From positions 10,196 through 43,331 of the forward strand of contig JAYPIC010000010.1 of assembly GCA_038127595.1 (NCBI GenBank): a stretch of 33,136 bases of DNA, written 5' to 3'. Below the pieces are notes generated by a model. The model worked only from the letters and a program-made list of their open reading frames with translations. It had not been told where the DNA came from and ran no database searches. Every line of letters begins with the position of its first letter. Position 1 is the stretch's first letter. Both the position numbers and the translations under genes were made by a program. This document shows, piece after piece, positions 22,168 to 29,928 of this stretch. This DNA is from a bacterium. Its GTDB lineage: Bacteria > Fidelibacterota > Marinisomatia > Marinisomatales > UBA1611.

Positions 22168-23447
22168 AATTTTTGCTGAACTGCGAAATGAAATGAGTGC
22201 TCATTAATCAGCTTATTGTCCTTAATTCCCCAACCAACATCAATACGTAGGGATTGCAAAATTGGTATTGGTATACGAACCCCCAAACCAACACCTCCAA
22301 TAAATTTATTTCTATCAAGATCTTCCCATTCTTTACTAATTAATCCTCCATCAATAAATGCCACAATACATAATCCATTGTTAAATCCTACTCTACCATT
22401 AATTTTATTAAGTACTAATTTCCTCAATTCAAGGCTTGAAAAAACATAATCGTGTCCAAAACGATAATCATCTAAAATTGATTTTTTTTCAGGCAGTTCC
22501 CAACCCCTAACATTATAAGAATTACCCAAGTAGCTAATCCAGACATCACTTTTATACCCATATTTTCTTTGCATAGTAGTATTAAATGCTAATACTGTTT
22601 TAAAAAAGGCGGGAACATAAAAACTAAATGATTGGTTCCAGACATAAAAACTTTTTTCACCCAACTTTGGAATGACAGATTGAATAATCCTAATTCCGCT
22701 ATTTGGGTTCCAAAATATATCCCTAGTATCTATTTCAAGATTTATATCAGGAGTTAAATATTCGTACTTTAATGTATCATCTACATTCATAAAATTTTTT
22801 AAAGTTAAAGTTGGTGAGAACCTAAACTTTATTTTCTCACCATACCATTTTCCTATACTTACTTTAATATTTTTTATATTAACTGAGCGATCTAAAAATA
22901 GATGGTCATATGAATTTTGCTCAATGAAAGCCGATAATGAAATGTGATTACCAAAAATCCAAGGATCATTAAAAAGAAATTGTAGTCTTTTCTCTCCCCC
23001 TATACTAGCTATAGCTTCTATCGTCCTATTTTTACCTTGGAAATTTTTGATAATCATAACCCCATTCAAAGACCATCCTTTTTCCTCGTCATAAGCCGGA
23101 AATATCAAAGGCGGTGTCCTATTTATAGATTCTGTCATAATGTATTGTAAAATTGCATTCCCATTTTCAAGAGGCATTATGCGCCAAGAAACATTATCAA
23201 ATAATCCAAGGTTAAATATTCTATTTCTATCTAAGTTGGCCAATGAAGAATCAAGACTAGTATTTGCAGGGTGAAAAATTTCTCGCTCTATAATATAATG
23301 CTTAGTTTTATTTAGCCCCAGAATCTCAATTTTTTCAATTTGATGTCTTGATTCAGCGGGCATGATATCATCTACTGTCAGGAAAAAAACGCAATAAAAA
23401 AGGCCTGAAGAAACAGGCCTTTTTAAAATATTAGATATAAAGTTCAA
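22164..23447 (-). CDS. Short Omp85 (BamA/TamA-like) outer membrane protein with one POTRA-like domain
   Basis: IEKIEILGLNKTKHYIIERE...DRNRIFNLGLF (POTRA), VRGW lid motif, GVGLGVR...LRIDVGWG and terminal F. Start uncertain (TTG 23447, ATG 23468 or ATG 23363). Confidence 0.8.
   Translation of the reverse strand: MNFISNILKRPVSSGLFYCVFFLTVDDIMPAESRHQIEKIEILGLNKTKHYIIEREIFHPANTSLDSSLANLDRNRIFNLGLFDNVSWRIMPLENGNAILQYIMTESINRTPPLIFPAYDEEKGWSLNGVMIIKNFQGKNRTIEAIASIGGEKRLQFLFNDPWIFGNHISLSAFIEQNSYDHLFLDRSVNIKNIKVSIGKWYGEKIKFRFSPTLTLKNFMNVDDTLKYEYLTPDINLEIDTRDIFWNPNSGIRIIQSVIPKLGEKSFYVWNQSFSFYVPAFFKTVLAFNTTMQRKYGYKSDVWISYLGNSYNVRGWELPEKKSILDDYRFGHDYVFSSLELRKLVLNKINGRVGFNNGLCIVAFIDGGLISKEWEDLDRNKFIGGVGLGVRIPIPILQSLRIDVGWGIKDNKLINEHSFHFAVQQKF
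23396..23424. terminator. Bidirectional-type intrinsic terminator hairpin
   Basis: AAAAAAGGCCTG-AAGAAA-CAGGCCTTTTT, 28 bp downstream of the stop at 23452. Confidence 0.75.
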
Positions 23448-23451
23448 AAAT

Positions 23452-24264
23452 TTATAGGTCAATACCATCCATCATTAATCGTTTCTTATACTCAATACCT
23501 TGCTGCGAGTATACATCTTCAATTGCTTTATTGAGTTTATCCGCAATTTGAAGACCATCGACTTCTACCTTCACATTTCTTTCATCTAATTTACGAACTC
23601 TAAAAATAGAGTTTTCATCTCCATAGTTATGCCAGACACCGTCATATTCTTTGGGGGTTCCATATTCCATCAAAACTTTGTGCTTAATGACATCTTCAGC
23701 GGTTAGCTGAGGAAACCCAGTATCTTTTAATTTAATCTTCTTAACAACGCTCTCAAGTATGTAGTGAGAATCACTGTTATTGGTTGTGCTATAAACATAA
23801 TCAATATTTACAAAGCCAAGAGTGATTCTTTCAATCGTTAAACGAGTAACGTAGTTAAACTCTACAGTAGCTCTCTTAATTGGAAGCACAATACCATCTT
23901 TAGTAGTACGAGATTCATCCGTATAAACAACTTCAACAGTAGTATCAGGAACGATAGTTAATACGGCAGGAAGACTAGTAGACCAAGGAGCTAAAAGTTC
24001 ATCTCTAAAAACCCAACCATCTGGTAACCTTTTAACAGGTATAACTGATTCAATTTTATTTCGATTAACTGGCGGAGATATTTTTGGTATTTCCATAATG
24101 GGCGATTCTTCTTGAACCATCTGTTTTGCAGATTGATTACTAGAACCAGAATCTTTTTCTTTAGAGCCACCAAAAAGCTGATCATCAGCATCTAAAATCG
24201 ATAATGGCGATATCAAAAGAATTGAAGTAAAAATTGAAAATATTTTATTATTTATTTTAATCAT
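23452..24264 (-). CDS. Hypothetical secreted protein (about 270 aa)
   Basis: Start moved to ATG 24264, which gives the signal peptide MIKINNKIFSIFTSILLISPLSILDA. The upstream track extension overlaps another gene and a terminator. Confidence 0.75.
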   Translation of the reverse strand: MIKINNKIFSIFTSILLISPLSILDADDQLFGGSKEKDSGSSNQSAKQMVQEESPIMEIPKISPPVNRNKIESVIPVKRLPDGWVFRDELLAPWSTSLPAVLTIVPDTTVEVVYTDESRTTKDGIVLPIKRATVEFNYVTRLTIERITLGFVNIDYVYSTTNNSDSHYILESVVKKIKLKDTGFPQLTAEDVIKHKVLMEYGTPKEYDGVWHNYGDENSIFRVRKLDERNVKVEVDGLQIADKLNKAIEDVYSQQGIEYKKRLMMDGIDL

Positions 24265-24333
24265 TATATTTAATAATTGTTTGTACTGTAAAATGCCTTT
24301 GGAATTTAAAACATTTAAACAATCTGTAAAGAT

Positions 24334-24363
24334 AAAAAAAAAGCCCTCATTTGAGGGCTTTTT
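24334..24363 (-). terminator. Intrinsic terminator of the 76-aa gene
   Basis: Minus strand AAAAAGCCCTCAAATGAGGGC followed by T9, 13 bp after the stop at 24377. Confidence 0.85.
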
Positions 24364-24376
24364 CCAAGAATATATT

Positions 24377-24607
24377 CTATTTCTTTCGCCCTCTGGCCAT
24401 AGGTGATCTTGCAACATCACCATTTTTATCAATAAAATATAAGTAACCAGACTCCCTAGTAACACCAGCAGTTGCAACTTTCTCTGCGTTCCCACCGCCT
24501 TTACCAGCACGAGCCATTTTTGAGCGAGAAACGTCGCCCTGTTTATCTAAATAGTAAAGGTAACCTTTTTCTTTGGTTACACCTGTTTTTTCTACTACTT
24601 CAGCCAT
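24377..24607 (-). CDS. Small basic protein made of two tandem ~35-aa repeats (GVTxExGYLY[YF]xDKxGDVxRSxMAR)
   Basis: The internal repeat is 22/35 identical. The gene has a GGAGG RBS, its own promoter and its own terminator. Confidence 0.88.
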   Translation of the reverse strand: MAEVVEKTGVTKEKGYLYYLDKQGDVSRSKMARAGKGGGNAEKVATAGVTRESGYLYFIDKNGDVARSPMARGRKK

Positions 24608-24682
24608 TAAATCCTCCGTTTATTATTTGATTTGTTTTTATGGTAGTGGTTAGAGCAAAATCTCTCTTCCTCTGCCTGTTGG

Positions 24683-24711
24683 ATAGTACAAACATTAAAG
24701 ATTGATGTCAA
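24683..24711 (-). promoter_or_regulatory. Near-consensus sigma70 promoter for the 76-aa gene
   Basis: Minus strand TTGACA (24711-24706), 17-bp spacer, TACTAT (24688-24683). Confidence 0.8.
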
Positions 24712-24813
24712 GATTTTTCTCGAGGAGACTTCCTCGGTAAAAAAACCTAATATTTCTTTCGAAATATTCTAAATAAAAAGGTAATTTAAAGCGTATCAAA
24801 CATAAAGTATAAT

Positions 24814-24887
24814 GCCCCGGTAGCTCAGCTGGATAGAGCATCGGATTTCTAATCCGGGGGTCACAGGTTCGAATCCTGTCCGGGGTA
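24814..24887 (+). tRNA. tRNA-Arg (anticodon UCU), CCA not encoded
   Basis: Cloverleaf with acceptor GCCCCGG/CCGGGGT, D-arm GCTC/GAGC, anticodon arm TCGGA-TT-TCT-AA-TCCGG and T-arm ACAGG-TTCGAAT-CCTGT. Confidence 0.97.
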
Positions 24888-24900
24888 CTTAATAAATCTT

Positions 24901-25626
24901 CTATTTTATGTTCTTATCAAAAACTTTTTGTAATTCAACTTTGAAAATTAAGACACTATTTGGAGGTATATCATTATTCCTCCTAGCTCCATAGGCTAAC
25001 CTAGGATGAATGAAAAATTCGTATTCAGATCCTTCATTCATAAGCTGTATTCCTTCAGTCCATCCTTTAATTACTCTATTTAATCTAGTTACGAATGGTT
25101 CACCTTTTTTATATGAGCTGTCAAAAATAGTGCCATCCAGGAGCTTGCCTTCGTAGTGGACTCTCACTTGGTCAGAAGAAGAGTCTGGTGATTTCCCAGA
25201 ACCTTTTTTAATAACTCTATACTGAAGACCTGATTTTGTAACCAGAATATCTTTGTTTTTGTCTTTGTTATCCTTTAAGAAATTTTCTGCTTTTTCTAAA
25301 GATTTACTTGCCTCAGCTTGTTGTTTTACTCGCATACGATCTTGCATGGATTTAAATAGCTCTCTACGTTTTTCCATAGTTAATAGGTGCTCTTCTTTTT
25401 CATAACCATTTCTAAACCCAGAACTAAACGCGTCATAATTAATATCGATACCTTGATTTATCAGATTGTCTCCAATGTCTGCACCTATTGAATAACTAAT
25501 CGAGTCTGTATCATCGGTTAATTTAGTTTTTATATCGCTACCTTTTTCTTCATTACTAGTGCAAGAAAAAAAGATGGCAAAAATAAAAATGTAGGTTAAA
25601 AATATTTTGCTAAATCTAATTTTCAT
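24901..25626 (-). CDS. FKBP-type peptidyl-prolyl isomerase (FkpA/Mip-like lipoprotein)
   Basis: Lipobox IFFSC, DSISYSIG dimerisation domain, SGLQYRVI, VRVHYEGKLLDGTIFDSS, VIKGWTEG and IPPNSVLIFKVEL. Confidence 0.95.
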   Translation of the reverse strand: MKIRFSKIFLTYIFIFAIFFSCTSNEEKGSDIKTKLTDDTDSISYSIGADIGDNLINQGIDINYDAFSSGFRNGYEKEEHLLTMEKRRELFKSMQDRMRVKQQAEASKSLEKAENFLKDNKDKNKDILVTKSGLQYRVIKKGSGKSPDSSSDQVRVHYEGKLLDGTIFDSSYKKGEPFVTRLNRVIKGWTEGIQLMNEGSEYEFFIHPRLAYGARRNNDIPPNSVLIFKVELQKVFDKNIK

Positions 25627-25677
25627 TGAGTTCTCTCTATTTTGTGAATTACTATTCTTGGGAAAGCGTAAATGTTT

Positions 25678-25848
25678 TCAACTCTTGCTATTTAGGACCA
25701 ACATAATAAGCCCTGTAAAAACTATAATAATAGCAAGCCAGTCTATAACACTTAAGCTAGAAAATAAAGCAACTATTAGACGAAGTGCTAAAATTGCGCA
25801 GCCACCTAGTATCAATATCCAAGGAAGTTTTTCGTTATAATCACTCAT
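25678..25848 (-). CDS. 56-aa two-helix membrane protein (below the ORF-track cutoff)
   Basis: Manual translation MSDYNEKLPWILILGGCAILALRLIVALFSSLSVIDWLAIIIVFTGLIMLVLNSKS*. It fills the gap co-directionally with the FKBP gene. Confidence 0.6.
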   Translation of the reverse strand: MSDYNEKLPWILILGGCAILALRLIVALFSSLSVIDWLAIIIVFTGLIMLVLNSKS

Positions 25849-25925
25849 TTTTATAATTACTTTTTGTTTTATAGAATAATATTATATCATATTAATATTA
25901 TAAGTTAATTCAAATAAAATTTATA

Positions 25926-26606
25926 ATGCGTAAAAATTTAGCAAAAGCCAAGTCGAACTTTTCAATTCAATCTTTTGAAGGCGGATATGATAAAAACTAT
26001 TCTTATTTGCTATCATGTTTAGAAACAAATAGTTCTATTATAGTTGATGCGTCACTAGAATTAAGCAGACTCCAACCTTTTATAAAAACCAGACCAGCAG
26101 CAATCCTGATTACCCACTCTCATCATGACCATATTACGTATGTTAATGAATACACAGAAAAATACCCAGAGATAAAAGTCATTGGTCATCCAAAATCAAA
26201 ATTAAATAATACTTCAGAAAGTAATTATTTGCCTATGGAGGATAGTTCTATTTTTAAGCTAGGAGACCTAGAGATTAAAACTATTCATACCCCAGGACAC
26301 TATTACGATTCAGTTTGCTATTTAGTTGATAATGTTATTTTTACAGGAGATACTCTTTTCATTGGGAGGACTGGCAGAACTTTAAGTAAAGGTAGCAATA
26401 TATCTGATTTGTATAATTCTGTTTATAAAAAGTTGTTAACACTTCCAGGTAGTACCATAATATATCCAGGACATAATTATGGCTCAAAACCTACCATGGC
26501 AATAAGCGAGAATATGAAAATTAGCAATTTACTTCAAGCATCAGGGGAAAAAGATTTTATTGATAGAATGAAAAACTATGAAAAAACTAGAGCTAACAAT
26601 AGTTAA
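25926..26606 (+). CDS. Metallo-beta-lactamase-fold hydrolase (glyoxalase II / ETHE1-like)
   Basis: THSHHDH, HTPGH, FTGDTLFIGRTGR and YPGHNY. Confidence 0.9.
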   Translation: MRKNLAKAKSNFSIQSFEGGYDKNYSYLLSCLETNSSIIVDASLELSRLQPFIKTRPAAILITHSHHDHITYVNEYTEKYPEIKVIGHPKSKLNNTSESNYLPMEDSSIFKLGDLEIKTIHTPGHYYDSVCYLVDNVIFTGDTLFIGRTGRTLSKGSNISDLYNSVYKKLLTLPGSTIIYPGHNYGSKPTMAISENMKISNLLQASGEKDFIDRMKNYEKTRANNS

Positions 26607-26806
26607 TCTACTCTAACATTTACCGCTCTATCACCTTTTATATCTCTATCAATGTCAAAGGAAACTTTCTGCCCGCCTCTAAGCCCTTTCCCTTTAAGGT
26701 GCTCTCTTAGACCGCTTACGTGAACAAAATAATCTTCACCATCATCTCCGGCAATAAATCCGAATCCTTTTAGCCTGTCATATTCTTTTACAACCCCTCT
26801 AGTCAT
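26603..26806 (-). CDS. Cold-shock domain protein
   Basis: RNP1 KGFGFI and RNP2-like YFVHVS. Start moved to ATG 26806, overlapping the msrB stop. Confidence 0.88.
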   Translation of the reverse strand: MTRGVVKEYDRLKGFGFIAGDDGEDYFVHVSGLREHLKGKGLRGGQKVSFDIDRDIKGDRAVNVRVD

Positions 26807-27632
26807 TATCATCATCTCCCGATTCAAAATCCAAAGAAATAGAATTAACACAATATCTTAGCCCTGAAGGCTGCGGACCATCATTAAAAACATGCCCCAA
26901 ATGCCCACCACAATTCTCACAAGTGATTTCTATCCTCCTCATCCCAAAGCTTTTGTCCTCAGACTCTTCAATTTTTTCAGGAAGAGCTTCATAAAATGCT
27001 GGCCAGCCACATCCAGAATCATACTTTGATGATGAAGAAAAAAGCTCTGTCCCACAACCAGCACATTTATAAGTACCATCTTCATAGAATTTATCATACT
27101 CTCCTGTAAAAGGCCTTTCAGTACCTTTTTCACGAAGAATATGATACTCTTCAGGTGTTAATTTTTCTTTCCATTCTTGCTCGGATAAATTATTCTTATT
27201 TTGCTTTTCTATACTCATTACTTGGTCCTTTAACCTATCGCTTAATATATTAATTAACTGATCAATTTTTTTTAATTTATTTATTTCCTCAGATGATATA
27301 ATCACCTTTGATCTTGAACCATTTCGAAAAATGATTGAAGGCAATTCTATGTTATTGTAGCCATATTCAGAAACTTTATCTTTATAAGTAAATGTAGATC
27401 TAACCGGCAATGAACTAATATAGTCAGACCATTTTTTCTTCATTGTAAAATTGCCATATGATATTGCACACAGATTACAGTTATAGGTACTAGGCCTTAA
27501 AATTTTGTGAGCAAAATCTAAAAACTCATTAACCATACCGCTTTTAGCATTATATACGAATATTAATTCACTTTCATCTTCTCCGCATAATGCGCCTGAC
27601 ATTAAAAATAATAAAGGTAAAATAATTCTCAT
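26799..27632 (-). CDS. msrB: Peptide-methionine (R)-S-oxide reductase MsrB fused to an N-terminal signal peptide and CxxC domain
   Basis: C-terminal half has LTPEEYHILREKGTERPF, CAGC, YDSGCGWPAF, CENCGGHLGHVF and RYCVNS. N-terminal half has LIFVYNAKSG...YNCNLCAISYG. Confidence 0.9.
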   Translation of the reverse strand: MRIILPLLFLMSGALCGEDESELIFVYNAKSGMVNEFLDFAHKILRPSTYNCNLCAISYGNFTMKKKWSDYISSLPVRSTFTYKDKVSEYGYNNIELPSIIFRNGSRSKVIISSEEINKLKKIDQLINILSDRLKDQVMSIEKQNKNNLSEQEWKEKLTPEEYHILREKGTERPFTGEYDKFYEDGTYKCAGCGTELFSSSSKYDSGCGWPAFYEALPEKIEESEDKSFGMRRIEITCENCGGHLGHVFNDGPQPSGLRYCVNSISLDFESGDDDND

Positions 27633-27640
27633 GAATTTTT

Positions 27641-27811
27641 CTATTTGTAATAATTAATTGTTGATGAAATTGCCATGCCGATTCCTAAAAAAAATGCTGG
27701 CCCTGTGATTTCATCCGGTAATTTAATTAATGAATTAATTCCAAAAATAATTCCAGTAACAACAGACATCCAAAAAATCATAACAATAATTATCTTAAGA
27801 CTGAATTTCAC
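27641..27811 (-). CDS. Small two-TM membrane protein
   Basis: The hydrophobic portion of track ORF 27641-27940. A GTG at 27811 gives MKFSLKIIIVMIFW...GPAFFLGIGMAISSTINYYK. Start uncertain. Confidence 0.5.
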   Translation of the reverse strand: MKFSLKIIIVMIFWMSVVTGIIFGINSLIKLPDEITGPAFFLGIGMAISSTINYYK

Positions 27812-27911
27812 TTCTAATAATATCTCTAGAGATGGGTTGACCAAATTAAGATATAATAATAACTTAAAAAGCCTATTATTAAAATGACTAGAGCTCGGAT
27901 TAAGTATTTTT

Positions 27912-29069
27912 TCATTTGGATGGTTTAATAATTTTACCACTTATAAGTTTTGCAAATTTTTCTTTTTGGGTGCCATGAACAGGGTCTGAGTTACCCCATT
28001 CCCACCCTCCAAATTCAGTTTTATTATAATCATAAAATGCCTGCTCTATTTCAGATCGTGTGTTCATTACAAATGGCCCATACTTTACAACAGGCTCATT
28101 AATAGGAACACCTTGCAACATTAATATTTTTGTTTTGCTTCCCAAATTTTTTATTACAGTGTTTTTAGATGAGTCTAGTGTTACCATTGAGTTTCCTGAT
28201 ATACTTTGACCATCAATCTCCATATTTGAACCTTTTAAAACATAAAGATTTCTTTTTGCACCTGATTTAGTGTCAGGTATGGCAAAATTACCATTCTTAT
28301 CTAATCTAATTATCCACACAGCAACATCATTTTTTTTGTTGTTTGCCCAAGAATTTTTAGGTGCAATTGGGGAAGAAAAGTCTAAATAATCCCCTGTGAT
28401 AATTTCAACTTGTACGTTTTTATTTCCATTTAAATTGCTAGAAATTTTTGGAATCTCATCCTCCCAGTACATTTCAAAATTTGGTTCCACCCTTTTATTA
28501 TAGGAAGGAAGATTTAGCCATATCTGAAAAAAGTCTAGCTTATTATTCCCATTTTGGCTAAAAAGTGGAAACATTTCTGAATGATTTATTCCATCCCCTG
28601 CTGTAAGCCATTGAGCATCACCATCACCGTATCTGGCTGATGCCCCTAATGAGTCTGCATGATCTATAAAACCCTTACTAACTACAGTAAGGGTCTCAAA
28701 ACCTCTGTGGGGATGCCTTGGGAAGCCAGGAACTTTTTGCCCATGATACATGCTCCAACCATCTTTGTTTGAAAAATCATTCCCTAAATGTCTTCCAGAT
28801 AGAGATACATTAGGCGATAAATCATCTTTTGCTGCCGGGTAGTTATCATTGTGATGAACACAAAATAAAAAAGGATCTTCAGTGGGCCAAGGACCTGTTT
28901 CAGGCAAAGATATTATAGAAAGTACAGATGTTTCATTTATTTTCATGTTTTTTCTAGTTTCATTCGATTTAGCTAAATTGTTTATAGCACCAAATAGACC
29001 TCCCATTATTGATAAAATACCTCCACCAATAATTTTTAATAACCTTCTTCTTGGATATTCTGATTTCAT
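27912..29069 (-). CDS. Pirin-family bicupin with a twin-arginine-like N-terminus
   Basis: DPFLFCVHH, GFPRHPHRGFETLT, HADSLG, QWLTAGDGINHSEM, FQIWLNLP and YGPFVMN. Confidence 0.92.
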   Translation of the reverse strand: MKSEYPRRRLLKIIGGGILSIMGGLFGAINNLAKSNETRKNMKINETSVLSIISLPETGPWPTEDPFLFCVHHNDNYPAAKDDLSPNVSLSGRHLGNDFSNKDGWSMYHGQKVPGFPRHPHRGFETLTVVSKGFIDHADSLGASARYGDGDAQWLTAGDGINHSEMFPLFSQNGNNKLDFFQIWLNLPSYNKRVEPNFEMYWEDEIPKISSNLNGNKNVQVEIITGDYLDFSSPIAPKNSWANNKKNDVAVWIIRLDKNGNFAIPDTKSGAKRNLYVLKGSNMEIDGQSISGNSMVTLDSSKNTVIKNLGSKTKILMLQGVPINEPVVKYGPFVMNTRSEIEQAFYDYNKTEFGGWEWGNSDPVHGTQKEKFAKLISGKIIKPSK

Positions 29070-29176
29070 GTATCATCTTAATAATATAAATATAAAAATC
29101 TCAACAACATTCACGTACTAGAAATTTTTGTTCAATTTTCTTTTAATACCTCTTAACGTAAACATTCGAAAGCGAA

Positions 29177-29788
29177 TTAGTACAATATTTTCATAAATAA
29201 TAATATTGTAAGGATAAGTAAAATTATACCTATAAAACGATCAATAAAGACCTCATTTTCTCTCAAACTATCTATAAAATTAGTACCTGCTAAAGCTGCA
29301 GCTACCAGAACATACCAAATTGTATCAATAATACCTGCAATGATAGCCATAATAAAACGATCAGAATTGGTTATATCAGAATTTATGAACTGACTAAATA
29401 TTGCAACTAAAAAAACGAGAATTTTAGGATTGAAAAAAGCTATCATAAAACCTTCTAAAAAACCTCTGTATACACTTTTTTTGTATTTTTCAGATGAAAC
29501 TGATTTCTTATGTGTGATCATTTTAAAGGCCAGCCAAATGAGAAACAGTGCCCCAGTGCCTTGTAATAAATAAAAAACTTTATCATTGGCTAGAAGCACA
29601 GATGACAAACCCATTACAGCCACAAAGGCATAGATACTGAAACCTGTGCCATGTCCTATTGCGGTCATTATTCCTCTACTTCGTCCACCAACAATAGTAT
29701 TTCTGAGTACCACTACTAAACTAGGGCCGGGGGATATTGCACCCATTGCACATATAAATGACATCCATAAAAGTGATTCTTTATCCAT
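29177..29788 (-). CDS. LysE/RhtB-family amino acid exporter
   Basis: AISPGPS, GALFLIWLA and FLEGFMIAFFNPK. Start moved to ATG 29788. Confidence 0.92.
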   Translation of the reverse strand: MDKESLLWMSFICAMGAISPGPSLVVVLRNTIVGGRSRGIMTAIGHGTGFSIYAFVAVMGLSSVLLANDKVFYLLQGTGALFLIWLAFKMITHKKSVSSEKYKKSVYRGFLEGFMIAFFNPKILVFLVAIFSQFINSDITNSDRFIMAIIAGIIDTIWYVLVAAALAGTNFIDSLRENEVFIDRFIGIILLILTILLFMKILY

Positions 29789-29881
29789 ATTTCTAAAAAA
29801 GAGCCAATGGCTTAATAGAATAAAAAGATAAATAATATTACATAAGTAATCAAAACCAAACCTACCTATCACCCAACAAAT

Positions 29882-29905
29882 AAAAAACCCCGCAAATGCG
29901 GGGTT
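29882..29905 (-). terminator. Intrinsic terminator after the beta-barrel gene
   Basis: Minus strand AACCCCGCA-TT-TGCGGGGTT followed by TTTT. Confidence 0.85.
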
Positions 29906-29928
29906 AAATAATCATCATCATTCAACTA

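Noticed and set aside
24265..24510. N-terminal 82 codons of track ORF 23452..24510
   Set aside because: They overlap the 76-aa gene in another frame and cross its terminator. ATG 24264 gives a proper signal peptide.
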